Shown: positions 19,772 through 30,493 of the stretch, one piece after another | Position numbering within the stretch: position 1 is the first letter of the stretch | How the letters are laid out: each line of letters opens with the position of its first letter | Assembly: GCA_965231015.1 (NCBI GenBank) | Contig: OZ246408.1 | Location: 620,115-684,114, forward strand | DNA: 64,000 bases | Direction: 5' to 3' | From: an uncultured Gammaproteobacteria bacterium | Lineage (GTDB): Bacteria > Patescibacteriota > Patescibacteriia > UBA9934 > CAZDDW01 | Notes under the pieces: model-generated | What the model was told of the DNA's origin: nothing | The model's input: only the letters and a program-made list of their open reading frames with translations | Database searches by the model: none | Made by a program: the position numbers and the translations under genes

Positions 19772-21514
19772 TTATTCACTAAATGAAGTAGTGCGGTAAC
19801 GCGAATAATCAACACCGGTTTCTTGCCAGTCATTACTTGCCAATCCTGCTTTTTCAGACAAGGCGGTCATAAAATCCTCAAAAGTATCCATTTGTTCCCA
19901 TACGCTAGGCAAAAAAGTGGCACTATCTTCCCCCTTGGTTAGAATTACTCCATCCATATTTGGTTGAATAATGTTCAATTCAACTGCTTGAGCTTCAGAT
20001 AAAACAGAGATTTCAATCTTGATGTTTACCAACTCTTCCTCGGTCACCGCCTCAAACCGAGCATCATTAACCGCTGCATCAATAGCCTTGTCACGCACTG
20101 CCAAATAAAGCGGCTGCTCCGCCGTCAGACTACCAATACACCCTCGTAACTCATCTTGAGCCTCAAGCGTCACAAAGACGGCCAACTCCTGCTTCAACTG
20201 CTCATCTGTTGGTTCAATCGGTTCATAGATTTCACCTTCACGGGTTATATACCGCTCAATTGTAGACCGAGCCAATTGTAAAAGGTATGTCTGCTCGGCT
20301 TCAGACAAACTCACGGTGTTAAGTCCAACCTCTTCACCCGGTACACTATAAGCCACGGCCCCATAACCAACTACTCTGGTATCATCATTGGTTACATCTC
20401 CGGTGTTTGCATAATCCAACACCTTGGCTTCCCATCCTTCGCGACGTGCCATTATGTCAGCAACCAAAATCGGGTCAGTTCCACACGCGTTAACCTTAGA
20501 AGCGTCCGGTTCAAGCCCTTCAATAGCCTGTAAAGTGGTTTGATCAATCGGTTCAGCTGTTTCTGCATCCATATAATGAGACAAATCACTGCTAACAACT
20601 AACAATGTTTTTTCATCCATTATTTCTTTGAGCTCATTGGCAATCGTGATTCTGTCTTCATCTTCAATTTGACCGACCAAAATCGGAATAATGGTCGCAT
20701 CCGGCCAAATGTACTGAATAAAAGGCAGATGAATTTCAACAGGATGTTCATCTACAAACGCCACATCCTTGTAAAAAAACAATTCGTTGTCAACCAGATC
20801 AACATTTGATTCATCAATATCCGTTTCTCCGAGTGGGGTTCGCCAAGCATCATACTCGCTTAAAGCCACCCCCTCGAACTCTGTTTGGTGAGCAGAAGCC
20901 ATAATAATGACTCGATTGTAATCCTTGTTCATAACAGTCTTGTAGGCAGAGGCGTCTACGGATCCGGAGTAACGGTAAGCGGCGTGTGGAGCAATAATTG
21001 CCATCACATCCCTATTTTCGACTTTGTTGGTTGCATTCCAAAGTAGAGACTGAATTTGTTTTTCTAGAATTGATTTGCCTTCCGGATAAAATACTCCGGC
21101 CACACTTGGTGGGCGTACGTCTTTGGCTGGCATAGGCTCTTCGATTATTTCTTCTACTACCGGCTCAGTTTCTTCCTCTGAACTTTTGGTTAAAAATTCC
21201 AAGGAAGCTACTGCAACCAGCGAAAGAAAAACAAACACCACAGCAACAATCACCTTAGCCGGCGATTTCTTTTGCCCTGGTTCCTTGGTCTTTGTGGTCT
21301 TCTTACTCGACTTCTTTCTGGACTTTGACTTCTTGGTCGTTTTTTTAGTCCGAGTCTTCTTTGTGGAGGCTTTTCTGGTTTTTTTCTGCTTAGTCTTTTT
21401 TGGAGGTTCCTCCTGAACCTCTTCCTCCACGACTTCAGCTTTCTTCTTGGAACTTTTTTTAGCGGCCGATTTCCGTGGAGTCTTTTTCACAGTTTTTTTC
21501 TTAGTGGCGGCCAT
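19772..21514 (-). CDS. AmmeMemoRadiSam protein B (MEMO1) - protein A (AMMECR1) fusion with Lys-rich N-terminus and TM helix
   Basis: RPPSVAGVFYP, APHAAY.YSG, EHPVEIHLPF, SSDLSHY (MEMO1); LRGCIGS, ATFLPSVW (AMMECR1). Confidence 0.9.
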   Translation of the reverse strand: MAATKKKTVKKTPRKSAAKKSSKKKAEVVEEEVQEEPPKKTKQKKTRKASTKKTRTKKTTKKSKSRKKSSKKTTKTKEPGQKKSPAKVIVAVVFVFLSLVAVASLEFLTKSSEEETEPVVEEIIEEPMPAKDVRPPSVAGVFYPEGKSILEKQIQSLLWNATNKVENRDVMAIIAPHAAYRYSGSVDASAYKTVMNKDYNRVIIMASAHQTEFEGVALSEYDAWRTPLGETDIDESNVDLVDNELFFYKDVAFVDEHPVEIHLPFIQYIWPDATIIPILVGQIEDEDRITIANELKEIMDEKTLLVVSSDLSHYMDAETAEPIDQTTLQAIEGLEPDASKVNACGTDPILVADIMARREGWEAKVLDYANTGDVTNDDTRVVGYGAVAYSVPGEEVGLNTVSLSEAEQTYLLQLARSTIERYITREGEIYEPIEPTDEQLKQELAVFVTLEAQDELRGCIGSLTAEQPLYLAVRDKAIDAAVNDARFEAVTEEELVNIKIEISVLSEAQAVELNIIQPNMDGVILTKGEDSATFLPSVWEQMDTFEDFMTALSEKAGLASNDWQETGVDYSRYRTTSFSE

Positions 21515-21547
21515 AATAAAATAAGGTTAATAACGTACACTATCTTA

Positions 21548-24163
21548 CTATAATTCAGCAGCCTTTTCAATCTCTATTTTTCCGCCTTTTTTAAGTACGA
21601 TTGTATCCCGCCGGGTAGCCTTGTCTTCTAAGAGCACACGAGCCACAGCATCGTCAACCTCATTTTGAATCACCCGACGTAGTGGGCGCGCCCCAAACTT
21701 TGGATCAAAGCCCTTTTCGGCTAATTCCTGCACCGCTGCATCTTCAGCCCGGAAATGTATTCCCTTGGCCTCCAATCGTTCCTCGACCTGACCAATCATT
21801 AAATAGGCAATCTGCACCACTTCATCCATTGCCAAAGGCTTAAAGACAATCACAGCATCAAACCGATTCAAAAATTCAGGACGGTAAATACCTTTTAGTT
21901 CTTCCTCAATTAAATGATTTTTGATCTGATCAAGCGGCGTACCTTGGCTAACTTCTGTTTGAATATATTCGGTTCCCGCATTAGAAGTAGCAATTAAAAC
22001 AACATTGGTAAAATCGATTGTTCGTCCGGCTCCGTCGGTTAATCGGCCATCATCCATGACCTGTAAAAACAGGTTCAAAATATCAGGGTGTGCCTTTTCC
22101 AGCTCGTCCAATAAAAGAAGGGTGAACGGATTTTCTCGAACCGCTTCCGTTAAAAGACCACCTTCACCTTTACCCCCAATCAATCTGGCAATACTGGACT
22201 GGTTCTGATACTCGGACATGTCAAACCGAATCATAGATTCTTCGCGACCAAAGTAGGCTTCGGCTGTGGTTTTAGCCAACTCGGTCTTACCCACTCCGGT
22301 TGGACCTAAAAACAAGAAGTTAGCTATTGGTCGGTTGTCGGATCTTAGCTCGGTTCTGGCTCGACGCAGCGCGGAAGCCACGGCATCAACCGCATCATTT
22401 TGCCCGATCATGCGTTCATGCAAAACCTCCTCAAGCTTGAGAAGCTTGGCTTTTTCTTCTTCAGCCACTTGTGACATTGGAATTTTAGTTTTTTCCGAAA
22501 TAATCCGAGCCACATCCTCGCGCGCCACCAAACTATTCGCACCCTTTTCTTTATTAACAGCTAGCGCAGTTTCCTCACATATTTCAATTGCCTTGGCCGG
22601 TAAAAACTGATCGTGCATGTACCGATCTGAAAGCTTCACCGCCTCTTCTACTGCAGCGTAAGAAAATACAACCTTGTTTTTGTACTCCATGACCCCGATC
22701 TTGGCCTCTAAAATCTGAATTGCTTCATTGATTTCCGGCTCATCAACCCGCACTTTTTGCAGAGCCTGACCAAGCGCCGTGCGTTCAATGGCTTGCGCGT
22801 ATGCCTCCGGAGTGGTGGTAGCAATCAAAAAAGTGAATCGTCGATTTAGAGCATCAATCAAAACCGAGGCCAAATCAACGGTCATTTCTCCACCGGCTGT
22901 CAACCCTGTGATTTGCTCAATATTTTCTACTACTAAAATAATGTTTTTTGACCGAGCAATTTCGTTTAAAACCATTAATAGCCGTTCCTGGACCACTTCG
23001 GGAGCGGCACCAGAAGTTAAATGTGGGATAGAGAGCCGGACCAAACGTTTATCACGCATTATTTGCGGAACTCGCTCCGATACCATGCGCTCGGCAATTC
23101 CATGCACAATCGATTGCTTTCCCACCCCCGGAGGTCCAACTAAAACCACGCTCTCATTTCCCCCTTCAATGACCCTAAAAATAGATTCCAACTCTTGTTC
23201 CCGACCAACCAACATTGGCAACCGACCATAAACCCCAGCCACGGTCAGGTCTTCTGAGACCTGGTCCAGCATTGGAGTGGCCACCGCAGTGTAGGCTCGG
23301 TTCATGGCTCCGGTTGGTTTTCTAGAAGCAGCTCGTTGATACTCCTCATAACGCTTGCGCAGCTCTTCATCAATTCGAATCCAGGCCACAGCGTTTTCAA
23401 CCTGCTCTCGTTCAATCCCCAGCCCATAAAACAATTCTTGAATAAATTCATCACGACGATAACTTTCTAGAAATAATTCTACCGGACTAACCAGTTCTCG
23501 CTCATGTTCATACGCATTTAAATATGCTGCCAGCAATGTCTCTCGGGTTTGATCAGAAAAGCCGACCTTGTTTTTTGGTAGACTGTTTAGTTTTCGATTA
23601 AGTGGCCCTTTGACCGTTTCAAAAGAAAGACCTAAGCGGACAAACAAAATTTTAATTGGATCAGCAGAAAGTGTCCCAACAAACAAATGGATCGGCTCTA
23701 CTGTTTGTCCAAACCGTTCAGCCAGCTCATATGCTTCCTCAACCGATTTCATACCACTCGCTGAATAAGCTCGAGCCACGTTGACCTTGGATTTTTTAGT
23801 TTCTTCTCCCAGATCATTTATCTCCGGCACCTCGCCCTCATAAGACTTCCTTTCCACAGTTAGCTTATGCCGAACCGCTTCAGACAACCGATAAAACAAA
23901 AACATTCCACCAAGAGCTGCCAACCAAAATGCTGCCGAGGCCAAACCTCCACGCAACCAATAATCAAGACTGGCTAATTTTTCTGGCGGACCAACAATAA
24001 CGGCGGAAAAAATAAAATAGGCAAAACAAACCAAAACTGCAGCAATCACCAAACCGTTGATGATTCCAGAAATAATATCTCGTGTTTTTTTCAACACTAA
24101 AGTGGCTCGGTCAATCCGCTCGCTCCAAATATATACCTTGTCCTTTAGTTCAAAACCGATCAT
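21548..24163 (-). CDS. Clp/Hsp100 family ATPase with two N-terminal TM helices
   Basis: Clp-N-like segment, AAA1 (GPPGVGKQ), AAA2 (GPTGVGKT, LLDELEKAHP, RPEFLNRFD, FGARPLRR). Confidence 0.9.
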   Translation of the reverse strand: MIGFELKDKVYIWSERIDRATLVLKKTRDIISGIINGLVIAAVLVCFAYFIFSAVIVGPPEKLASLDYWLRGGLASAAFWLAALGGMFLFYRLSEAVRHKLTVERKSYEGEVPEINDLGEETKKSKVNVARAYSASGMKSVEEAYELAERFGQTVEPIHLFVGTLSADPIKILFVRLGLSFETVKGPLNRKLNSLPKNKVGFSDQTRETLLAAYLNAYEHERELVSPVELFLESYRRDEFIQELFYGLGIEREQVENAVAWIRIDEELRKRYEEYQRAASRKPTGAMNRAYTAVATPMLDQVSEDLTVAGVYGRLPMLVGREQELESIFRVIEGGNESVVLVGPPGVGKQSIVHGIAERMVSERVPQIMRDKRLVRLSIPHLTSGAAPEVVQERLLMVLNEIARSKNIILVVENIEQITGLTAGGEMTVDLASVLIDALNRRFTFLIATTTPEAYAQAIERTALGQALQKVRVDEPEINEAIQILEAKIGVMEYKNKVVFSYAAVEEAVKLSDRYMHDQFLPAKAIEICEETALAVNKEKGANSLVAREDVARIISEKTKIPMSQVAEEEKAKLLKLEEVLHERMIGQNDAVDAVASALRRARTELRSDNRPIANFLFLGPTGVGKTELAKTTAEAYFGREESMIRFDMSEYQNQSSIARLIGGKGEGGLLTEAVRENPFTLLLLDELEKAHPDILNLFLQVMDDGRLTDGAGRTIDFTNVVLIATSNAGTEYIQTEVSQGTPLDQIKNHLIEEELKGIYRPEFLNRFDAVIVFKPLAMDEVVQIAYLMIGQVEERLEAKGIHFRAEDAAVQELAEKGFDPKFGARPLRRVIQNEVDDAVARVLLEDKATRRDTIVLKKGGKIEIEKAAEL

Positions 24164-24555
24164 AGTATTCCAAAATATGGATTGCTAAACCCAATAATAT
24201 TAACTACAATCAGCAGCACAACCAGCGGCAGTAAAACCAAATACAACATGAACAATATCACTAATAGGATTGACCAAATAACAAAAACTATTCCCTTGCC
24301 GATCAAAACCACAAAACGCATGAAAATACTGATTAAACGTCCGCTTAGCTCGGTTTCACCGTACATGGGAACAAACAGGTTTTTGAGCCAGACTCCAAGT
24401 CCCAAATTCTGCCATTGTTGACCAATCGAGCCAAAACAAAACTTCGCGGCGTTAGCCAAACCGCGGGTATACCACCAGACAGGAAAACCAATAACTCCAC
24501 CGAACAAATCGATGAAGAAGTACTTCATTCCAATGACCACAACATTCTGCGCCAT
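24160..24555 (-). CDS. Small membrane protein coupled to the Clp ATPase
   Basis: ATGA overlap; FPVWWY, NLFVPMYG motifs; hydrophobic C-terminal half. Confidence 0.8.
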   Translation of the reverse strand: MAQNVVVIGMKYFFIDLFGGVIGFPVWWYTRGLANAAKFCFGSIGQQWQNLGLGVWLKNLFVPMYGETELSGRLISIFMRFVVLIGKGIVFVIWSILLVILFMLYLVLLPLVVLLIVVNIIGFSNPYFGIL

Positions 24556-24579
24556 AATGTGGATATTATAGCAGAAAAA

Positions 24580-25182
24580 CTAGGCTTTGTTGATCTCTTG
24601 ATAAAATCGATCCCGATCGGTTGTAAAACGAGTTCTAAAATTAGAATCTATTTTTGGATTTGCTGCTTTTTGCCACTTTTCGATTCCAGAAAAAGCAAAT
24701 TCCGGTTCGTGGGTAATCAAATCCACAATTCGCTCTTTGTCCCAGTGCTGAATATCGTATTCGTCAATCTTCTCTTGAATAGCCAGATGAACCAGTTCAT
24801 GAATCAAGGTTTTAAACGGGTCACGTATTCTTAAACTCAAAATTATCGTGCTTGGGGGTTCATAAGAACCACCAACCCCGTATCGAGTTAAATTGATTTC
24901 GATTTTACGAGGTAAGGTGAGCTTTAGAGCCTGAAAAGCCGACTTGATTTGACTCATGTTTTGCTCAAAGTCAGAGTTCAAATTGTCAGCCGCCTCTTGA
25001 TATCTCTGTTCGCGATATTCTTCATCTACAACAAACTTAATCTCATCTCTTGAATTATACTCGGCAACCCCTTGGGGCAAAGTCGGGTCATAGCCCTGCT
25101 CTAAATACCAAGACAATTTATCAAGAGTTTTTTGAATCCTCCGCACCTCAAAATCTTTACTAAATTGAATCCTATATTCCAT
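24580..25182 (-). CDS. Hypothetical protein with HExxH motif (possible zinc metallopeptidase)
   Basis: LTRYGVGGSY...IHELVH...KERIVD. Confidence 0.6.
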   Translation of the reverse strand: MEYRIQFSKDFEVRRIQKTLDKLSWYLEQGYDPTLPQGVAEYNSRDEIKFVVDEEYREQRYQEAADNLNSDFEQNMSQIKSAFQALKLTLPRKIEINLTRYGVGGSYEPPSTIILSLRIRDPFKTLIHELVHLAIQEKIDEYDIQHWDKERIVDLITHEPEFAFSGIEKWQKAANPKIDSNFRTRFTTDRDRFYQEINKA

Positions 25183-25202
25183 ACCTAAATAGATATTTCG
25201 AA

Positions 25203-25228
25203 AAAGCCCTGCTTGGGCAGGGCTTTTA
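25203..25228. terminator. Intrinsic terminator hairpin
   Basis: AAAAGCCCTGC-ttgg-GCAGGGCTTTT. Confidence 0.8.
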
Positions 25229-25232
25229 ATCC

Positions 25233-26363
25233 TTATTCATTCGCGACGTATAACATGAACATCTCATTGATCGTGTGCCACTCCACGACCCCTTCTTCAA
25301 TATACTCATCTATCGCTTCGAGCCAAAGATCCAACACCTCGCTTTGTACTCGAACAGCACTACCAATGCTCCACGAAAGATACATAGTATTAACTGATTC
25401 ATCATCCATGTTCGCAATAAACTCATCCATCTGTTCAATAAAAACATCTACGTCATCCGGCCTTAGCCCTCCATCCCCTGTTCCATCACCAAACTCTTCA
25501 CTCATATTATACAGACTGCCAGCTTCCATAATAACAACCAGTTCACCATTTTCGTGATCAGTTAACCAATCTTTAGCCGAACTAACTCGCCATGGCTCAT
25601 CACGCTCAGCAATCTCATGAGGATATACATCATGACACTTAAGCGGGGTTGAACAATTTTTATACTCTTCCGGCCGATCTTCTTCATCCATGGCGGTCAC
25701 ACAATACGCCACAAGTCCGGTTGTAAACTTATACCCGGCCTTAATCACAGCCTCTGCCCAATCAATATGCGAACAGATTCCAGAAACGTGAATCACATCA
25801 AAGTCAACAATCTTTTGCAGATCCGTTTTCATGGTCTTGATACGGAAAGCCATACTTTCCACATTGATATCTTCATTTGGGTTTCCGCCCACGTCAGCAT
25901 GCACCCCAACAGCATGGCCACGGTCAACCAGCTCCTGCAAAATGTTTACATCCCATTTTCCAGACGCCTCAATGGTCTCGGGACTGGCCTCAAAAGTTCC
26001 TACAGCACCATACTCCTCAAGTTTATCAGCTAAGGTTCTTATTGCTTCAACATGACCCATGTATGATTCTTCATTATCAACTTCTTCAAACCAACCTTCT
26101 AAATGAATCATCATTCCAAGGTTCAAAGCATCAAGACCCTCACCGGTCAAATTATTTGTAGCTTCTTTACAATCCTCCGGACAGATGCCAGTCATTTTTT
26201 CTATTCGATCACAATCACCATCACCACACTTTAATCCGAAAGCTGAATCAACTCCTTCGGTTGTTTCGTCTTGATATGACGAATACCAATAAAAGGCGCC
26301 CAGGATTAAAACAATCCCTAAAAGAGCCAATAAGATGTAGAGTAAAAATTGTTTTTTATTCAT
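25233..26363 (-). CDS. Membrane-anchored protein with one CGDG repeat and a deacetylase-like (NodB/CE4-type barrel) domain
   Basis: N-terminal TM; CGDGDC...CPEDC; MIHLE, GTFE, GHAVGVH motifs; fold call is inference. Confidence 0.55.
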   Translation of the reverse strand: MNKKQFLLYILLALLGIVLILGAFYWYSSYQDETTEGVDSAFGLKCGDGDCDRIEKMTGICPEDCKEATNNLTGEGLDALNLGMMIHLEGWFEEVDNEESYMGHVEAIRTLADKLEEYGAVGTFEASPETIEASGKWDVNILQELVDRGHAVGVHADVGGNPNEDINVESMAFRIKTMKTDLQKIVDFDVIHVSGICSHIDWAEAVIKAGYKFTTGLVAYCVTAMDEEDRPEEYKNCSTPLKCHDVYPHEIAERDEPWRVSSAKDWLTDHENGELVVIMEAGSLYNMSEEFGDGTGDGGLRPDDVDVFIEQMDEFIANMDDESVNTMYLSWSIGSAVRVQSEVLDLWLEAIDEYIEEGVVEWHTINEMFMLYVANE

Positions 26364-26365
26364 AG

Positions 26366-27670
26366 CTACTTAGTTAATTCAACAATGATTTGATTGGAAT
26401 AAGTTCCACAAGATCCACCCAAGTACTCGCAAACACGTACATAGTAGGTTCCGTTGCCATCAAAAGCAGTCAGGCTAGCCGATGTTGTGGTGGGTGAACT
26501 AAAGTACTGATATTTGTCACCGCTTCGGGTTGGATAAGTTGGGCCAGGATTCTTAGACCAAACAACCTTGAATCCTTTTTCAGAATAACCGTCCACACTC
26601 CAGGAAACAGAGCTTCCAGATCCGCTAAGTGAGATCGAGATTCCATCGCTGGCCAAAACCTCATCATCAGATGTCTCTTGCTTAACTTCAACCTCCTTTT
26701 CTTCACCCAATCCACCGGTTTCTTCATCCTTGGTTGGCGCGGTCACCTGAACGTTGTCTGAGTAGGTTCCACAAACCCCACCTTCATAGTCACAAATTCG
26801 GAAGTAATAAGTCTTACCATCACGAAGATCCCAGATAGCGGTTCTTGATTCCGGATCATCTTCATAAAAATAATCGTCTCCGGGATAAACCGGGTCTGAT
26901 TCTTCACTTTTCACAATCTTAAAACCATATTCGGTTTCTATCCCTTCAACTTCCCAGCTAAACTTAATTCCCGTCTCGATCACCTCGGCTTCGAGCGTAA
27001 TTGACCCGTCTTCCTGTTCCACAATCGGTTCACCGTCTTTTTCGAAATTCCACTTTATAAATTCCACTTCTTTTTCTTCTTCTTCAATTTCTTTCACTTC
27101 GGCTTCACCAAGCAAGTACTTTTTGCCTTCTTCAACCACAACTGAATCCTTTCCTTCTTCAGTTACTTTCACCGAACTCTTATAAACATAAACTCCTTTT
27201 GAAGTATCCGTGCTTGAGGTCATAAAAGCGGTTCCAATGGCCTCGTAGCTTACCCCTTCACCCGCCACCTCAAAAATCCGTTCTCCGGATGTCACTCGAG
27301 CATAAAGCTCACCAGCCAAATTTTCAACTTGCAGATGATTTGGATCCAGGCTTGTTAACCTGATATGTGACTGCTCATTCATGCGCACAGCCGAACCATC
27401 ATCAAACTGAATAATTGCCCTAGCTTCTCCCATGGTTTCTACTTCGTACCCCTCATACAGATCTGTACTCACGTCAGCCCGTTTCCACTCTCCCTCCGGT
27501 GCTTTGACTTCAACAATCCCCTCAATATAAGAAAAGGCGGCTCCATTTTCGACAATCGTTTCCTCATCAGTGGTTTCATTGGAAGTCAAATAAATGTAAG
27601 CCAGTCCAATTACCGCCAGAACCACAACCAAGCTCAAGAAAGTCTTAATTGGCGAACTTGATTTAGCCAT
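26366..27670 (-). CDS. FecR-domain membrane protein with two C-terminal FN3-like repeats
   Basis: TM; ARAIIQFDDGSAVRMNEQS and AIGTAF (FecR); duplicated GFK.V.S...P.YP...YY.R.C.Y.GG.CGTYS unit. Confidence 0.8.
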   Translation of the reverse strand: MAKSSSPIKTFLSLVVVLAVIGLAYIYLTSNETTDEETIVENGAAFSYIEGIVEVKAPEGEWKRADVSTDLYEGYEVETMGEARAIIQFDDGSAVRMNEQSHIRLTSLDPNHLQVENLAGELYARVTSGERIFEVAGEGVSYEAIGTAFMTSSTDTSKGVYVYKSSVKVTEEGKDSVVVEEGKKYLLGEAEVKEIEEEEKEVEFIKWNFEKDGEPIVEQEDGSITLEAEVIETGIKFSWEVEGIETEYGFKIVKSEESDPVYPGDDYFYEDDPESRTAIWDLRDGKTYYFRICDYEGGVCGTYSDNVQVTAPTKDEETGGLGEEKEVEVKQETSDDEVLASDGISISLSGSGSSVSWSVDGYSEKGFKVVWSKNPGPTYPTRSGDKYQYFSSPTTTSASLTAFDGNGTYYVRVCEYLGGSCGTYSNQIIVELTK

Positions 27671-27704
27671 ATATTTATTGTTTAGTATTTACTTTATTAT
27701 TAAA

Positions 27705-28049
27705 TCATACCAAGCTGTTCCGTACCAGCCAGGAAATAATTGTGATAGCGACCATGGCCAGCAAAGACAAGCTAATGAGATACCTGGCCGGTTGTGTCAG
27801 GTGCATAGGCTTGTCTATTTTGGTGAAGTACGAATACATCAAAATCACATAAATAAGCCCGGAAAAGGCAAAAATTGCGTATTCCGGATAATTTTGAAAC
27901 CGACCGGACTTAATCTCAAGCCAGGCCATCCAATCGAAAGCCGCGACTATTAATACCAAATACCACCAAAAACGTTTCTTGAAACTGGCTGGAAAATTAA
28001 AATCCGGCTTCTTCACCGGCTCTTCTTGTTTTCCCCCCTCATTACTCAT
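27705..28049 (-). CDS. Small membrane protein
   Basis: Three hydrophobic helices; overlaps the upstream gene. Confidence 0.65.
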   Translation of the reverse strand: MSNEGGKQEEPVKKPDFNFPASFKKRFWWYLVLIVAAFDWMAWLEIKSGRFQNYPEYAIFAFSGLIYVILMYSYFTKIDKPMHLTQPARYLISLSLLAMVAITIISWLVRNSLV

Positions 28050-28461
28050 ACTCTTTAAACACTTCTTGTAATTGCATCATCAACTCGGGTAGTTCTCGAT
28101 ACTTTATCAATTTGTTGTACTTGTTCCCTGCCACCATGGCAGAGAGAACTTTTTCTGCCACCACTCTATATAAACAAACAATTGGCTTTCCCATTTCCTC
28201 AGCCTTGCCAATTTCATAACCAACTCCAAGTGACGGAGTTGAAACTTCTGCAATCACAATGTCGGTCTCTTTCATCCATTCCATGTCACGCTCGTAAATT
28301 GTCTCGACTGACAAATCTTGCTCACCAGCTTCATTAATCATGGCGTCCGCCACCTGTTCGGTTAAGACTTGTCCGTGTTGTTTCAAAAAATTCATCAGCT
28401 CAATGTACAAATTAATGTCATCTCTTCCACCTCGAATAGACGCTGCAAAATATATTTTCAT
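28042..28461 (-). CDS. Nucleoside 2-deoxyribosyltransferase / DNPH1(Rcl)-like N-glycosidase
   Basis: KIYFAASIRGGR, IYERD, AEVSTPSLGVGYEIG, LSAMVAG. Confidence 0.9.
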   Translation of the reverse strand: MKIYFAASIRGGRDDINLYIELMNFLKQHGQVLTEQVADAMINEAGEQDLSVETIYERDMEWMKETDIVIAEVSTPSLGVGYEIGKAEEMGKPIVCLYRVVAEKVLSAMVAGNKYNKLIKYRELPELMMQLQEVFKEYE

Positions 28462-28462
28462 A

Positions 28463-29659
<1,197 letters not shown>

Positions 29660-29800
29660 TTATTTTCATTTTCACTTTCGTGCGAATTTTAAATGATATT
29701 ATTCTAACTTTCACGCGAAAGATTCTATAAATATATTGTACACTTTTTCACGATCGTGAGTTTTTGCCCGTTTTTTATCTTCGCTTTTCCATCTTTTCAC

Positions 29801-30001
29801 TTTCCCGCCTACTTCAAAGCTTCGGTGAACAGACAGGTTAATATCTCCATATCTACCTTCTGCACTTTGCGGACTCAAAGAAAGTCGAGTTGACTTCAAC
29901 CGAGGCCGCATGGTGACACAAAAGGTATGTCCGAGTTGAGCTGTGCCCCCCCTGCCAGCAATAACGTGGCGGGGTCTCGCCAAGCTGACGATGGCGGGAA
30001 A
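29801..30001 (+). ncRNA. ssrS: Probable 6S RNA
   Basis: About 200-nt rod: TTTCCCGCC/GGCGGGAAA, AGCTT/AAGCT, GGTGA/TCGCC, GAC/GTC, GCAC/GTGC, CGGAC/GTCCG; central bubble with 5' TAATATCTCCATATCTACC and 3' hairpin CCTGCCA/TGGCGGG; G-U wobbles work only on +; terminator follows. Confidence 0.6.
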
Positions 30002-30005
30002 AGAC

Positions 30006-30034
30006 AACTACCTCGCTATCGAGGCGAGGTAGTT
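30006..30034. terminator. Strong hairpin between the ncRNA and ftsL
   Basis: AACTACCTCGC-tatcgag-GCGAGGTAGTT. Confidence 0.75.
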
Positions 30035-30109
30035 CTTCACATTTATTTCTACTTTTCCATTTTTACTCGTTGAATTCAGAGACAAAAACGGCGCTCCGAA
30101 TATACGAGC

Positions 30110-30463
30110 CTAACGGTTTAACGCAACGGTTGGGGTACCAGCACTCACATACTCTGGCCCACTTGACGGAACCATACCGAGCATTTGTACTCGCTCATCA
30201 ATTTCAGCCATAGACCGACTTTCTGCCACTTGTGATTCAAGTCGCTCAGTTTCCAAACGCAAATCACTAATTGCGGTTTCTAAATCCCTGATCTCATACC
30301 CCTTGGTGACAGACCGGTTCACCTGAATGATGTAGAGCATTCCCACAATGAGAATCAGAGCAAGGACGATAATATTAATTAACGCTACGTGTTCTTCAAT
30401 AGCCTGTACAAACGACTTGGTTTGTTTAAGACCAGAAAACATTGTCTTACCGAATTTAGACAT
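30110..30463 (-). CDS. ftsL: FtsL-like cell division protein
   Basis: One TM, then a coiled coil (KGYEIRDLE), LGMV motif; after mraZ-rsmH. Confidence 0.75.
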   Translation of the reverse strand: MSKFGKTMFSGLKQTKSFVQAIEEHVALINIIVLALILIVGMLYIIQVNRSVTKGYEIRDLETAISDLRLETERLESQVAESRSMAEIDERVQMLGMVPSSGPEYVSAGTPTVALNR

Positions 30464-30493
30464 AACCGGGGATCGCTTAAAATCCGAGTGAAA

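Noticed and set aside
29711-30007. 98-aa minus-strand ORF in the tgt-ftsL gap
   Set aside because: TTG start, no motif, and the region is better explained by a plus-strand structured RNA
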